From contig OY970194.1 of NCBI GenBank assembly GCA_963708075.1, forward strand, positions 3,616,001-3,680,000: a stretch of DNA of 64,000 nucleotides, read 5' to 3'. The notes beneath the pieces are model-generated. The model was given only the letters and a program-made list of their open reading frames with translations, did no database searches and was not told the origin of the DNA. Position 1 is the stretch's first letter, and every line of letters starts with the position of its first letter. A program made the translations under genes and the position numbers. This document shows, piece by piece, positions 42,750-53,877 of the stretch. Source of the DNA: Sedimentisphaerales bacterium (GTDB lineage Bacteria; Planctomycetota; Phycisphaerae; Sedimentisphaerales; Anaerobacaceae).

Positions 42750-43481
42750 CTATGATTTCAGTCGACTAACGGCCTGATGGGCCAGGCGGGTAGGCTCGGG
42801 AATACGGTATCTCGTTGTGCAGGCAAGGGTTATGCGAATCGCGTCTTCCAGCGTGCACTTATGACCCACGGACACAAAGACCGGCCTGACCCGGCTCCGC
42901 GTCCGGACGACCGCCCCGATCACCTCCCGGCCATCATACAGCAAGCTGTACGCCCCCTTCTGAGGATCGGGCTCTTTATACGTGCCGATCAGGCGGCTCT
43001 TGGCGCAGCCGATGGTAGGCTTATCGAGGAACAAACCCAGGTGCGAGGCCAATCCCAGCCGGCGGGGATGCGCCACCCCCTGCCCATCGATCATGAACAG
43101 ATCCGGCTGCCGACGGAGTCTCCCCACCGCCTCCAAGCACACTGGCGCCTCCCGAAAGGACAACAGCCCGGGAATATAAGGAAAACGTGTCTCCTGCTCT
43201 GCTGCGGCCGTCTCAACATGCTCGAACCCGAAGGCCAAAGGCAATGTGGCACCCCCGCCCTCGGGGGTAATGGTTTCCCAGCCGGGGGCGGCTGGGCTAC
43301 ACACCTTCAGCACAACCACCGCCGCGAAAGTCCGTTTGCCGTCCTTGCTGAACGCACAATCCAGCCCCGCGATGAGCCGGGGCTTCTCCTTCAATGGCAC
43401 GAGCTCTACGCGCCCGGCCAATTCCGTCTGCAACCGTCGGGCCTCGGCATACGAGAGATTCCATTCGTGCAGGTTGCGCAT
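42750..43481 (-). CDS. nfi: endonuclease V (with in-frame repeat-derived insertion)
   Basis: AGLDCAF, FPYIPGLLSFREAP, IDGQGVAHPRRLGLASHLG, IGCAKS, PVFVSVGH, YRIPEPTRLAH. Confidence 0.95.
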   Translation of the reverse strand: MRNLHEWNLSYAEARRLQTELAGRVELVPLKEKPRLIAGLDCAFSKDGKRTFAAVVVLKVCSPAAPGWETITPEGGGATLPLAFGFEHVETAAAEQETRFPYIPGLLSFREAPVCLEAVGRLRRQPDLFMIDGQGVAHPRRLGLASHLGLFLDKPTIGCAKSRLIGTYKEPDPQKGAYSLLYDGREVIGAVVRTRSRVRPVFVSVGHKCTLEDAIRITLACTTRYRIPEPTRLAHQAVSRLKS

Positions 43482-43503
43482 CCGCCCTCCGCAAGCCGGC
43501 CTG

Positions 43504-43740
43504 TTATCTCTTGGTGAACAGGTCCTCGAACAGCTCCTCGGCCCTGGCATATCCCTCTTCCGTGAGAATCACGGACAGGGCTTTGCTCTTGGGGTTGCTG
43601 ATATAGCCCTTTTCATGCAGACGATTCATCGTCTCCCAATCAAAGGATTTCCAGGCCCGAGCCCCGAACTTGTCCTTGGACGTGACCAGGAAAAGGAGGG
43701 CTAACGTGAAGTCGTCGATCTTGTCGTAATCCATGTCCAT
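43504..43740 (-). CDS. DUF6429 family protein
   Basis: DKIDDFTLALLFL..RAWKSFDWETMNRLHEKGYIS.P.SKA.SVILTEEG. Confidence 0.8.
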   Translation of the reverse strand: MDMDYDKIDDFTLALLFLVTSKDKFGARAWKSFDWETMNRLHEKGYISNPKSKALSVILTEEGYARAEELFEDLFTKR

Positions 43741-43744
43741 CGGA

Positions 43745-44099
43745 TCACTCTTTCTGAGCATGAGATTGCCCCCGGGCAAACGTCAGAATATGATCAATCG
43801 CCTCACGCTTGTCTTCGCCCAGACCCTCCAATTCCTTGAGGCTCAGCCAGCCCTCACGAACCAGCCGGGCGAACACAAGGATGAGCACGGAGTATCGGTA
43901 ATCGTATTTCTCATCGACATCCTTCAATGTCCGTCTCAAGAAGTCATGGAGCCTCCACAGGTCGCCGGGCTCCTGCATTCGGTTGGCCATTTCGCGTGTC
44001 TTGTGCAGCAGGTTCTCGATACTCCCTCTCATGCGCAGCATCAAACGCCCGCCGGGCGATTTCCTTCTCCCTCTTGGACCACGACATCTCGAATGTCAT
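43745..44099 (-). CDS. fluorescence recovery protein (FRP)-like protein (apparent frameshift ~44022)
   Basis: WSKREKEIARRAFDAAHERE + IENL..DLWRLHDFL..DEKYDYRYSVLILVFARLVREGWLSLKELEGLGEDK; ATGA overlap with upstream gene. Confidence 0.75.
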
Positions 44100-44393
44100 A
44101 TCAGTTCCCACAAAAGCCAACATGCAAACAGCACCACAATCACTATCGCCAGGAATATGAACGCCCGCTTTCGGCGCTCGCGGAAGTATGATTGAGCGAG
44201 GGTTCTCGTCGAGATAGCACCTGTCGCCGACCTTCTTGATGACGCCCCGGCCGACGAGCCGCCTGTAGTACCATCGATCCGAGTACGGAACCTGCGACTC
44301 TGCAACGGCCGATTCAGGAGAGATTGCCCGTCGCTCCCGCAGGAACGAGAAGATCCGCTTGATTCGTATTACGATAACCGCACCCGCCGACAT
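44096..44393 (-). CDS. small membrane hypothetical protein (apparent frameshift ~44200)
   Basis: RBS AAGGAG; N-terminal frame ..GDRCYLDE joins LAQSYFRERRKR + C-terminal TM helix in the adjacent frame. Confidence 0.55.
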
Positions 44394-44713
44394 CTCCTTC
44401 TCCTGTTCTGTGATCTTATATCCCTCGGCCAGCCGGGGGCTCCCACGGTCCGATACCGCCTTTCATTGACAGTGATCATCTCCCGGACTCTTTCCATAGC
44501 GTTTCTCCTTGGCCTCTTAGCTTACTATCTATGGTACCTCTCCTGCATCAGAAAACAACCGTATCGGCTGGTTTTCGGGGGAATCCCATGGATAGGCGAT
44601 TTGCCTTTTCCCGGGAGTCTGCTACAATACGTGGTTTGTGCCGCCGTGGAAAAAAGCAGATGCACAACGGGAGGTGGGGAATCGTATAGTTTCGGGGAAG
44701 ACGGACTCAATAG

Positions 44714-44781
44714 GTAGGGTGTGCATCGCACACCGGGAAACAACGACGAGGCCAGGAAATGGTGTGCAGTGCACACCCTGC
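44714..44781. repeat. GTAG-type REP doublet (REPIN-like) upstream of uvrA
   Basis: GTAGGGTGTGCATCGCACACC ... GGTGTGCAGTGCACACCCTGC. Confidence 0.8.
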
Positions 44782-44787
44782 AGGACT

Positions 44788-47631
44788 ATGGTTGATCATA
44801 CAGAGAAAGTCATTCGGGTCGAGGGTGCCGCCGAGCACAACCTGAAGAATATCAGTCTGGACATCCCGCGCGACAAGCTCGTGGTCATCACGGGCATCAG
44901 CGGCTCGGGCAAAAGCTCGCTGGCGTTCGACACGATCTACGCCGAGGGCCGGCGCAAGTACGTCGAATCGCTCAGCGCGTATGCGCGGCAGTTCCTGGAG
45001 CAGATGCAAAAGCCCGCGGTCAACGAGATCTCGGGCCTGCCGCCGACGATCGCCATTGAGCAGCGAAGCGCCAGCAGCAACCCGCGCTCGACGGTGGCGA
45101 CGACCACGGAGATCTACGACTACTTCCGGCTGCTCTTCGCCCGGGTAGGTCAGCCTCACTGCTGGGTCTGCGGCCGGGAAATCACCAGCCAGCACTCCTC
45201 GCAGATCGTCGAGTCGATCCTCACCCGGCCGGAAGGGACCAAGATTCAGGTCTGCGCCCCCCTGATCCGAGGCAAGAAGGGCGAGCACAAGGATATCTTC
45301 GCCAACATTCAGCGGGAGGGATTCGTCCGCGTCCGCGTCGATGGCTCCGTATATGACCTGCGAAACGCGCCCACCCTGAACAAGAACAAGAAGCATGACA
45401 TCGCTGCCGTCGTGGACAGGCTGATCATCCGCGAAGGCGTCAGCATCCGCATGGCGGACTCCGTCGAGACCGCGCTGAAGCTGGCCGATGGAATCCTGCT
45501 CGTGCTCCTCCAGGAGCCTGGGGCCGAAAAAGGCGGCGAAGGCGACGGCAAATGGGAAGAGGCGATCTACAGCGAGAAATTCGCCTGTCCTGAGCACCCG
45601 GAGGCGAGCCTGGAAGAGCTCTCGCCGAGACTGTTCAGCTTCAACAGCCCGTATGGAGCGTGCAAAAGCTGCGATGGGCTCGGCACCATCCTGGAGTTCG
45701 ACCCCGATCTCATTGTGCCCGATAAGAGCGTTTCGCTCGAAAGTGGGGCCGTGGACGCCTGGCGCCGTAGCGGCAAGCGAATGAACATCTACTACAACCG
45801 CCTGGTCAAGCGGTTCTGCCGCGATACCGGGATCAGCAAATCCATCCCCTACGAAGAGATCCCGAAGGATGTCCAGCGGATACTGATGTACGGCACGACC
45901 GAGGAGGACGAAGAGAAGCACGGCGTGTGGTTCGAGGGGGTCATCCCCAACCTGGATCGACGCTGGAAGAACACCACGAGCGAGTACGTCAAGACGCGGC
46001 TGCACGGGTACCTGTCGGAGCAACCCTGCCAGGCGTGCCACGGCGCGAGGCTTCGGCCGGAAGCCATCGCCGTGACCGTCGGAGGCATGAACGTCCAGGC
46101 GCTGGCTCGCCTGAGCGTCGAGAATGCCCAGCGGTTCTTCAACGATCTCAAGCTCGACAAGGAGCAGACGATTATCGCCGCCCAGATCCTCAAGGAGATC
46201 AAGGCCCGGCTGCAATTCATGATGGACGTCGGGCTCGGCTACTTGACGCTGGACCGCATGAGCAGCACGCTGGCCGGGGGCGAAGCCCAGCGTATCCGGC
46301 TGGCCACCCAGGTCGGCAGCGGCCTGGTCGGAGTCTGCTATGTGCTCGATGAGCCGACCATCGGCCTGCACAAGCGGGACAACGACCGGCTCCTGGGCAT
46401 CCTGCAAAAGCTCAGCCAGATCGGCAACACGGTGCTGGTCGTCGAGCACGACGAGGACATCATGCGTGCCGCCGACCATATCATCGATATCGGCCCGGCG
46501 GCCGGGGCGCATGGCGGCGAGCTTCTCGTACAAGGCACCATGGAGGACATCATCAAGTGCGAGCGGTCGCTCACCGGCGAGTACCTCAGCGGCAAAAAGA
46601 GTATCGCCGTACCTGCGAAGCGACGCTCGTACAGTCTGAAAAAATGCATCGAAGTCAAGGGGGCCGCAGAGCACAATCTCAAAGAGATCGATGTCAAGTT
46701 CCCACTTGGCGCGTTCATCTGCGTCACCGGCGTCTCCGGCTCCGGCAAGAGCACGCTCGTCAATCACATCCTCGTGCGAGCCCTGAAACGCCACCTGTAC
46801 CAATCCCGCGAGAAGCCGGGCACACACAAGAACGTCCTCGGAATCTCGCAGGTCGACAAGGTCATCGAGATCGACCAGTCGCCCATCGGCAAGACGCCGC
46901 GAAGCAACCCCGCGACCTACACAGGCGCTTTCGATCTGATCCGCAAGCTCTTCGCGATGACGCGCGAGGCCAAGATTCGCGGCTACACCGCCGGTCGGTT
47001 CAGCTTCAACGTCAAGGGCGGCCGCTGCGAGTCCTGCCGCGGCCAGGGCACCAAAAAGATCGAGATGCACTTCTTGCCCGACGTTTACGTCACCTGCCAG
47101 AGCTGCAAGGGCACCCGGTACAACCCGGAGACCCTCCAGATCACGTACAAGGGCAAGAACATCGCCGACGTGCTCGACATGCGGATTGAGGATGCGGTGG
47201 ATTTCTTCGCCAATTTCCCGACGATTGTCCGGGTCCTCAAAACGCTGACCGAGGTCGGGCTGGGCTATATGCAGGTCGGCCAGTCCTCGACGACACTCTC
47301 GGGCGGCGAGGCCCAGCGGGTGAAGCTCTCGGCCGAGTTGGGCAAGGCGGCGACCGGCCACACGCTCTACATCCTCGATGAGCCGACGACCGGCCTGCAC
47401 TTCGCGGACATTCACAACCTTCTGAACGTCTTGCAACGGCTGTGTGACATGGGCAATACCATCATCGTCATCGAACATAACCTTGATGTCGTCAAGACGG
47501 CGGATTATATAATAGACCTCGGTCCCGAGGGTGGTGACGCCGGTGGAACGGTCGTGGCCGCCGGGACGCCTGAGGAAATTGTAAAGAATCCGAAAAGCTA
47601 TACGGGCAGGTTCCTCAAAGCGAAGCTTTGA
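44788..47631 (+). CDS. uvrA: excinuclease ABC subunit A
   Basis: HNLKNI, TGISGSGKSSLAFDTIYAEG, zinc fingers, LAGGEAQRIRLA, second ABC module LSGGEAQRVKL, LDEPTTGLH. Confidence 0.98.
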   Translation: MVDHTEKVIRVEGAAEHNLKNISLDIPRDKLVVITGISGSGKSSLAFDTIYAEGRRKYVESLSAYARQFLEQMQKPAVNEISGLPPTIAIEQRSASSNPRSTVATTTEIYDYFRLLFARVGQPHCWVCGREITSQHSSQIVESILTRPEGTKIQVCAPLIRGKKGEHKDIFANIQREGFVRVRVDGSVYDLRNAPTLNKNKKHDIAAVVDRLIIREGVSIRMADSVETALKLADGILLVLLQEPGAEKGGEGDGKWEEAIYSEKFACPEHPEASLEELSPRLFSFNSPYGACKSCDGLGTILEFDPDLIVPDKSVSLESGAVDAWRRSGKRMNIYYNRLVKRFCRDTGISKSIPYEEIPKDVQRILMYGTTEEDEEKHGVWFEGVIPNLDRRWKNTTSEYVKTRLHGYLSEQPCQACHGARLRPEAIAVTVGGMNVQALARLSVENAQRFFNDLKLDKEQTIIAAQILKEIKARLQFMMDVGLGYLTLDRMSSTLAGGEAQRIRLATQVGSGLVGVCYVLDEPTIGLHKRDNDRLLGILQKLSQIGNTVLVVEHDEDIMRAADHIIDIGPAAGAHGGELLVQGTMEDIIKCERSLTGEYLSGKKSIAVPAKRRSYSLKKCIEVKGAAEHNLKEIDVKFPLGAFICVTGVSGSGKSTLVNHILVRALKRHLYQSREKPGTHKNVLGISQVDKVIEIDQSPIGKTPRSNPATYTGAFDLIRKLFAMTREAKIRGYTAGRFSFNVKGGRCESCRGQGTKKIEMHFLPDVYVTCQSCKGTRYNPETLQITYKGKNIADVLDMRIEDAVDFFANFPTIVRVLKTLTEVGLGYMQVGQSSTTLSGGEAQRVKLSAELGKAATGHTLYILDEPTTGLHFADIHNLLNVLQRLCDMGNTIIVIEHNLDVVKTADYIIDLGPEGGDAGGTVVAAGTPEEIVKNPKSYTGRFLKAKL

Positions 47632-47745
47632 GATTGATGATTTACGATTGACGATTTACGATTTGGCTTTGCCGGCCGAACGTAGTCACGCGAACCAACG
47701 CGACATGCCTGCAAATCGTAAATGGTAAATCATAATTCGTAAATT
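47632..47745. repeat. inverted 7-mer periodic arms (GATTTAC / GTAAATC)
   Basis: GATTGAT GATTTAC GATTGAC GATTTAC GATTT ... AAATCGT AAATGGT AAATCAT AATTCGT AAATT. Confidence 0.8.
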
Positions 47746-47796
47746 CCAGGAGGTGGCAAGATAGAAGCCGCACAGCCCCGACAGTGGGAATTTCAG

Positions 47797-50426
47797 TTGA
47801 GCAGCGTTGAAGACCTCAGAAACCTCAGCGGCAGGCTGGGCGTCTCGGTCGATGCCATTGACGATGTCTCGATTCTCGCCCAACCGGTGCCATTCGCCGG
47901 GCTTACGATCCCCAACTCTCTGGCGGTGCATCCGATGGAAGGCTGTGACGGCGACGCCCTGGGCCGGCCGGACAAGCTCACCTTCCGGCGGTACGAGCGA
48001 TTCGCCGCCGGCGGTGCGGGCCTGATCTGGGCGGAGGCCATCGCCGTCGTGCAGGAGGCCCGGGCCAACCCGCGCCAACTGTGGCTGCATCAGGGCAGCA
48101 AGGAGGCCTTCGCGGCGATGGTCAAGCGGGCGAGGGAGAAGGCCGCCGAGGCCAATGGGGCCGGGCACAGGCCCGTGATGATCGCCCAACTGACCCACTC
48201 GGGCCGGTACAGCAAGCCGGGCCCGGCGCCAAAGCCGATCATTCCGGAGCGTGACCCCTATCGCGACGCGATGACGCCGCAACCGAAGCCCGACACGAAT
48301 CGAAAGAGCAGGATTCCCGAGGACTATCCTCTCGTCACGGATGAGTACCTCGACCAGCTTCAGGAGGCATACGTCGAGGCCGCACGAATTGCCTTCGAAG
48401 TCGGCTTCGATGCGGTGGACATCAAATCATGTCACGGCTACCTCATCAACGAATTGCATGCCTGTCATAATCGGCCCGGCAAGTACGGCGGATCGTTCGA
48501 GAACCGCACGAGATTCATCCTGGAGGTGATCGACAGAATCCGCGGCGAGCTTGGCGACAAGGCCCGGATCGTCACCCGCATGGGCATTTATGATGCCATC
48601 CCGTACCCCTACGGCTGGGGCGTGGACAAGAACGATTACACGAAGCCCGACCTGACCGAGCCCAAGAGGCTCATCGGCCTGCTGCGCCAGCGAGGCGTCA
48701 GGCTCATCAACATCACCATCGCCAATCCTTACTACAATCCCCACGTGGGCCGGCCGTTCAATGAGCCCATCGTCGGTGGGTACCCCGAGCCGGAGCATCC
48801 GCTGGTCGGCGTGGCAAGGCTCGTCAGACTGACGGGTGAAATTCAAAGGGAGTTCCCCGACGTCGCGTTCGTCGGCACAGGCTATAGCTGGCTGCGAACG
48901 CTCTTCGCCAACGTCGGGGCTGCCAACAAAACAAACGGCCTGGTGACCCTGATCGGCGCAGGGCGCATGGGATTCGCCTATCCCGATTTCGCACGCGACA
49001 TCATCAACGACGGCAGGATGTATCCGGAGAAGGTCTGCGTCGGCTGCAGCGCGTGCACACAGATCATGCGGGACAGCGGCAGGACAGGCTGCGTCGTTCG
49101 AGACAATGAGAACCTATGGCCCAATCTTCAGGCACGGCCGGATGAGTGACCGGGAGAACCTGCTGCGTCTGGCCTCGGCCTGCCGCAAGTGCCAGGAGCC
49201 GACCTGTCAACTCGCCTGCCCGGCTGGAGTCCCGATCCCGCAGTTCATCGGCCTGTTCCTCGACGGCAAGGAGCGCGAGGCCTACGAGGCCATCCGCCAG
49301 GCGAACGTGTTCCCCGAGGTCTGTGCCTGGCTGTGCCCGGTGGAGCAGCAGTGCCAGGGCAACTGCCTGCAGAGCTTCATCGGCGACGGCCCCCTGCCGA
49401 TTGCGGATATCCAGAAGTACCTCGCCGTACAAGCGAACAAGAACGGCTGGTCCAGATTGCGCATCCCCGACAAAGCGACGGGAAAGAAGATCGCGATCAT
49501 CGGGGCCGGTCCCGCAGGCTTGGCCTGCGCCGCACGATTGCTCGAAGCCGGCCATACTGCGACAATCTTCGACAAGAGCGCCGCGTTCGGCGGCACAGTC
49601 GAATCCGTCATCCCGCCCGACAGACAATGCAACTCGCTCAAGAACGAGCTATCCGCCATTTTCGCCGACGTGCCCAAGGACCGGATGATTCTGCGTCTTG
49701 GCAAGAAGCTCGACGTCAATCACAATCTTGACACGATTCTGTCCCAGGGATTCGACGCCGCGTTCATCGGGCTGGGCCTGCAGGAATCCGTCAGCATCGA
49801 GAGCCGACGGCTCAGCGGCCTGTGGAATGCGATGGACTTCCTGTCCGCCGCGAAACAACCGGGCGCGATGAGCCTTGCGGACAGGAGCGTTGCCGTCATC
49901 GGCGGCGGCAATACGGCGATGGACGTCGCCGTCACGGCCAGGCAGCTTGGCGCGGGATGTCTATGTGATCTATCGCCGGTCCTTCCAGGAGATGCCCGCG
50001 TGGAGCGCCGAGCGGGACCGCGCCATCCGCGAGGGCGTGCATTTCCTTGTGCTGACCCAGCCACTCGAATACAGCGGCATCAACGGCAGACTCACGGGGA
50101 TCAGGCTCTGTCCCACGCGTCTGGGCGACCCGGATGCAAGCGGCCGCAGGCGACCCACACCGATTGAATCAAGTGTCTACAATCTCAGCATGGACATAGT
50201 CGTCGAAGCTATCGGCCAGACTGCATCGGGCGGTATCCGGGAGATACTTTCGGGCATCGAGTTCGATGGTAATCTCATCCGAACGCGGGACGATACGCTC
50301 GCCACGTCCCGCAAGGGCGTCTTCGCCGGCGGCGATCTCGTCCGGGGACCCTCCACGGTGGTGGCCGCCGTCGCCGACGGCATGAGAGCCGCCAAAGAAG
50401 TAGACCTGTTTCTTCAGAAACGATAG
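47797..50426 (+). CDS. NADH:flavin oxidoreductase (OYE-like) probably fused to a GltD/PreT-like Fe-S flavoprotein (apparent frameshifts ~49110, ~49950)
   Basis: HPMEGCD, QLTHSGR, DIKSCHGYL, YGGSFENRTRF, CVGCSAC; then CRKC..PTCQLACP, IIGAGPAG, IGGGNTAMD, YRRS, FAGGD; frame is open back to ATA 47761, which follows GGAGG. Confidence 0.8.
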
Positions 50427-50441
50427 AGAAGGAATTACGCC

Positions 50442-51212
50442 ATGAGAGATCGACCCGTCGCCATCGTCACGGGCGCCAGCCGCGGTATCGGCAGAAGTGT
50501 GGCCATGGAACTCGCCTCCCTGGGCTACGATCTGGTGATCAATCGGGTCCAGGAGCAGCAGCCGGATGTCCTGCAGGAAGCCGGCGGACTGGGCTCGCGT
50601 TGTGAGTTTGCCCCGGGCAGTGTCGCGGAGGCGGAAGTACGAAGACAAATCGTGGAGCTGACGAAGACCACATTCGGCCGATGCGACCTGCTCGTCAATA
50701 ACGCCGGCACCGGCCCGATGAAACGCCTCGACATCCTCGAAGCGACGGAGGAGAGCTACGATCGCGTTCTCAGCATCAACCTCAAAGGCCCTTACTTCCT
50801 CACCCAGATCGTGGCCAACTGGATGATCGAGCAGAGGAAGCAGGACCCGGGCCGGCCCATGCGGATCGTCAATATCGGCTCCATCTCCGCCTATGCCAGC
50901 TCGCCCTCCCGCGGGGAGTACTGCATCAGCAAGGCAGGCATCGCTATGATGACCAAGCTCTACGCCGACCGCCTGGCCGAGTATGGAATCGGGGTCTTCG
51001 AGATCAGTCCCGGCATCATCGAAACCGATATGACGAGCGTCGTGAAAGAGAAATACGACAAGCTCATCGCCGAGGGGCTCACTCCCATCCGCCGCTGGGG
51101 CAAGCCCGGCGATGTGGCCAAGGCCGTCGGCGCGATCGCGGAAGGCCGCCTCGACTTCTCGACAGGCAGTGTCATCAACGTTGACGGCGGATTTCATTTG
51201 AAACGACTGTGA
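50442..51212 (+). CDS. short-chain dehydrogenase/reductase
   Basis: TGASRGIG, LVNNAG, YCISK, PGIIETDM, NVDGG. Confidence 0.93.
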   Translation: MRDRPVAIVTGASRGIGRSVAMELASLGYDLVINRVQEQQPDVLQEAGGLGSRCEFAPGSVAEAEVRRQIVELTKTTFGRCDLLVNNAGTGPMKRLDILEATEESYDRVLSINLKGPYFLTQIVANWMIEQRKQDPGRPMRIVNIGSISAYASSPSRGEYCISKAGIAMMTKLYADRLAEYGIGVFEISPGIIETDMTSVVKEKYDKLIAEGLTPIRRWGKPGDVAKAVGAIAEGRLDFSTGSVINVDGGFHLKRL

Positions 51213-51272
51213 GAACGCCTATAGGTCCTATGCGTCCTATAGGTCCTATTCCACAAATCGCGAGGGACCCTT

Positions 51273-52058
51273 ATGAATATAGATGCCACGCTCACCACGC
51301 TCCTGCGTGATGGTTTCATTCTCGTTTTCAACCAGGACAAGCTCGACATCGTCAAGACGGCCGAGGCCCTGCTGGCGGCGGGGATCAACAACATGGAGGT
51401 CACCTGCCGGATCAGCCGGCCGCTCGAGAAACTCTCGCGGCTCCGCAAGGAGTTGCCCGATTTCGTGGCCGGCTCGGCCAGCCTCATCGATTGGCCCGGC
51501 ATGCTCGCCGTCTACAACGACGCGCACCGCGACGATCCCCTGCCCACTCTTCAGCAGGTGGTCGATGCCGGGGCCTGCTACCTCGTCTCGGCGGTCAATT
51601 TCAGCGACGCGAGTCTCCACAAGTTCGCAGGCAAGGTGCCGATGATCCCGGGCTGCGGCAGCGCCACGGAAGTCGTGACGCAGTTCGGCAAAGGCGCGAA
51701 CCTGTGCAAGGTCTTCCCCGCCCAGGAGTTGGGCGGTCCGGCGTTTGTCAAGGCAATCGATCCGGCCATTCACAAGACGATCAGCCTCGTGCCCACGGGG
51801 GGCACCACCGCGGCGAATATCCCCGACTACATCGACGCCGGCGTCCTCGTCCTCGGCGGCTCGTTCAGCATGATCGACAAGGCAAAGATGCAGAAGATCG
51901 TGGACGAGCAGGACTATAAGCTGCTGGCCGGCGAGCTTACACAGATCAAGCAGCTTATCGACCGGCTGCGCGCGGCCAAGTACCGCGGTCTCGATTTCGC
52001 AAGCGCCTCCATCGAGCAGATCAGCACGAAGACCGGCCGCAACTTCAACGTCGCTTGA
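51273..52058 (+). CDS. KDPG/KHG aldolase family protein
   Basis: MEVT, IPGCGSATEV, KVFPA..LGG, LVPTGG. Confidence 0.82.
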   Translation: MNIDATLTTLLRDGFILVFNQDKLDIVKTAEALLAAGINNMEVTCRISRPLEKLSRLRKELPDFVAGSASLIDWPGMLAVYNDAHRDDPLPTLQQVVDAGACYLVSAVNFSDASLHKFAGKVPMIPGCGSATEVVTQFGKGANLCKVFPAQELGGPAFVKAIDPAIHKTISLVPTGGTTAANIPDYIDAGVLVLGGSFSMIDKAKMQKIVDEQDYKLLAGELTQIKQLIDRLRAAKYRGLDFASASIEQISTKTGRNFNVA

Positions 52059-52108
52059 GAACTCATACCAACTACAGTTGAGTTTTTCGTAATACGGAAC
52101 AGCAATCC

Positions 52109-52188
52109 GGGTGGCAGCGTCAAGGCCGAAGGCCTTGGCAATGGCGAATGGGCAAACCATCGCCAAGCTGCGCTTGACGCTGCCACTC
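52109..52188 (+). repeat. GGGTGGCAGCGTCAAG.. ~80-bp palindromic element
   Basis: Near-identical to 29630-29709. Confidence 0.9.
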
Positions 52189-52234
52189 AAGATGCCAAAT
52201 GCTCAGGAGAAATCGGTATCAGGAGTGAAATCTG

Positions 52235-53704
52235 ATGATGGGGTCTCTCTCTGTCCTGGTCGTTTTATCGCTCGCCGCCACCGAGGGCAACCATGAGTCC
52301 GCCCTGACGTTGAATCGCAAAGACACCGGCTACCGCGGCGTCTGGTACATGAACGAGCCGCTCAAGAACGAGTATCGCTTCAAGTACAGCGGCGGGCTGG
52401 GCACGTTCTGTGCCAAGCACAGCCCCTTCGCCGTCTACTGCGACAAGGTCAAAAAGACCTTCTTCTGTTACGGCGGGACTACGGAGGACTCGCATCTCCG
52501 GCACGATCTGACAACCGCCGGCGACTCAAAGGACATGCCCGGCATCCTGCTGCACATGGTCTCGTACTACGACCACACGACCGGCAAGGTCCCGCGTCCC
52601 ACCATCCTGCTCGACAAGCGGACCAAGGACGCACACGACAACCCGGTGATCGCGGTGGATGATAAAGGATACATCTGGATCTTCTCCACATCCCATGGGA
52701 CCTCGCGACCTTCCTACATCCACCGGAGCAGGCAGCCTTACAACATTGATGAGTTCGAGCAAGTCCACGCCACGAAACTCGAGGACGGCCGGGAAGTCCC
52801 CATGACGAACTTCTCGTACATGCAGTCCTGGTTTGTCCCCGGGCAGGGTTTTGCGGCCTTCTTCACGCGTTACAACTACCCGGCCAAGCGCACGGCCTGC
52901 TTCATGACCAGCCCCGACGGCGCGCATTGGTCCGCCTGGCAGAGGCTCGCCGCCATCGACGAGGGACACTACCAGATCAGCACGGCAAACGGGCACAAGG
53001 CCGGCTCGGCTCTCGATTACCACCCGAAGGGCAAAGGCCTCAATTGGCGGACCAATCTCTACTACATGGAGACGACAGACCGCGGACGGTCGTGGCATAG
53101 TGCGGACGGAGCCAGTCTCACGCTGCCTTTGACCGAATCGCGGAACGCCGCGATGGTCCGTGATTACGAGAAAGACGGCCTGCTCGTCTACCTGAAGGAC
53201 ATCTGCTTCGATGAAGCCAACCAGCCCGTGATCCTGTTCATCACGAGCAAGGGATTCCGATCCGGCCCGGAAGATGGTCCCCGCACGTGGACGACCGCTC
53301 GATGGACGGGCAGCGCGTGGGAGATTCGGCCCATCACCACCTCGGGCAACAACTACGACATGGGCTCGCTGTACATCGAAGCCGACGGCCTCTGGCGGAT
53401 CATCGGCCCGACCGAGCAGGGGCCGCAGCCGTACAATCCCGGGGGCGAGATGGCCATGTGGACCAGCGACGATCAAGGCGCCACGTGGAAAAAGGTGCGG
53501 CAGCTTACCAGCAGCAGTCCGTTCAACCACACCTTTGCCAGGCGACCGGTGAACGCCCATGACGACTTCTACGCGTTCTGGGCCGACGGGCACGGCCGGC
53601 AGCCTTCTGCCTCTTCCCTTTACTTCTGCACCAAGGCCGGTACCGTCTTTCGTCTGCCCCAAACCATGACGCAGGATTTCGAAGCACCAGCTCAAGCACA
53701 GTAA
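52235..53704 (+). CDS. secreted BNR-repeat (BNR_4-like) beta-propeller protein
   Basis: Signal peptide; DAHDNP, FSY, TSPDGAHW, TTDRGRSW, SDDQGATW Asp-boxes, NYDMG. Confidence 0.8.
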   Translation: MMGSLSVLVVLSLAATEGNHESALTLNRKDTGYRGVWYMNEPLKNEYRFKYSGGLGTFCAKHSPFAVYCDKVKKTFFCYGGTTEDSHLRHDLTTAGDSKDMPGILLHMVSYYDHTTGKVPRPTILLDKRTKDAHDNPVIAVDDKGYIWIFSTSHGTSRPSYIHRSRQPYNIDEFEQVHATKLEDGREVPMTNFSYMQSWFVPGQGFAAFFTRYNYPAKRTACFMTSPDGAHWSAWQRLAAIDEGHYQISTANGHKAGSALDYHPKGKGLNWRTNLYYMETTDRGRSWHSADGASLTLPLTESRNAAMVRDYEKDGLLVYLKDICFDEANQPVILFITSKGFRSGPEDGPRTWTTARWTGSAWEIRPITTSGNNYDMGSLYIEADGLWRIIGPTEQGPQPYNPGGEMAMWTSDDQGATWKKVRQLTSSSPFNHTFARRPVNAHDDFYAFWADGHGRQPSASSLYFCTKAGTVFRLPQTMTQDFEAPAQAQ

Positions 53705-53877
53705 ACATGAATTTCGAAATTGAATGCCCGTAGGGATTTCCCGACCGCATGGCTGACAGGAGGTTGGCATTCTGGTAAGGTAGAGGCGCAAGATTTTGCG
53801 TCTCCACGGCTTGAGATCGGGATTCGAACTTCGAAATTGACGGCGGGCACCGCCCGCCCCATGGAGTGGTGCCGGAC

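Noticed and set aside
44707..47478. 923-aa minus-strand ORF and other long antisense ORFs (e.g. 2732-4225, 15557-16894, 18438-19874)
   Set aside because: Shadows of well-supported genes, expected with GC-rich codon usage
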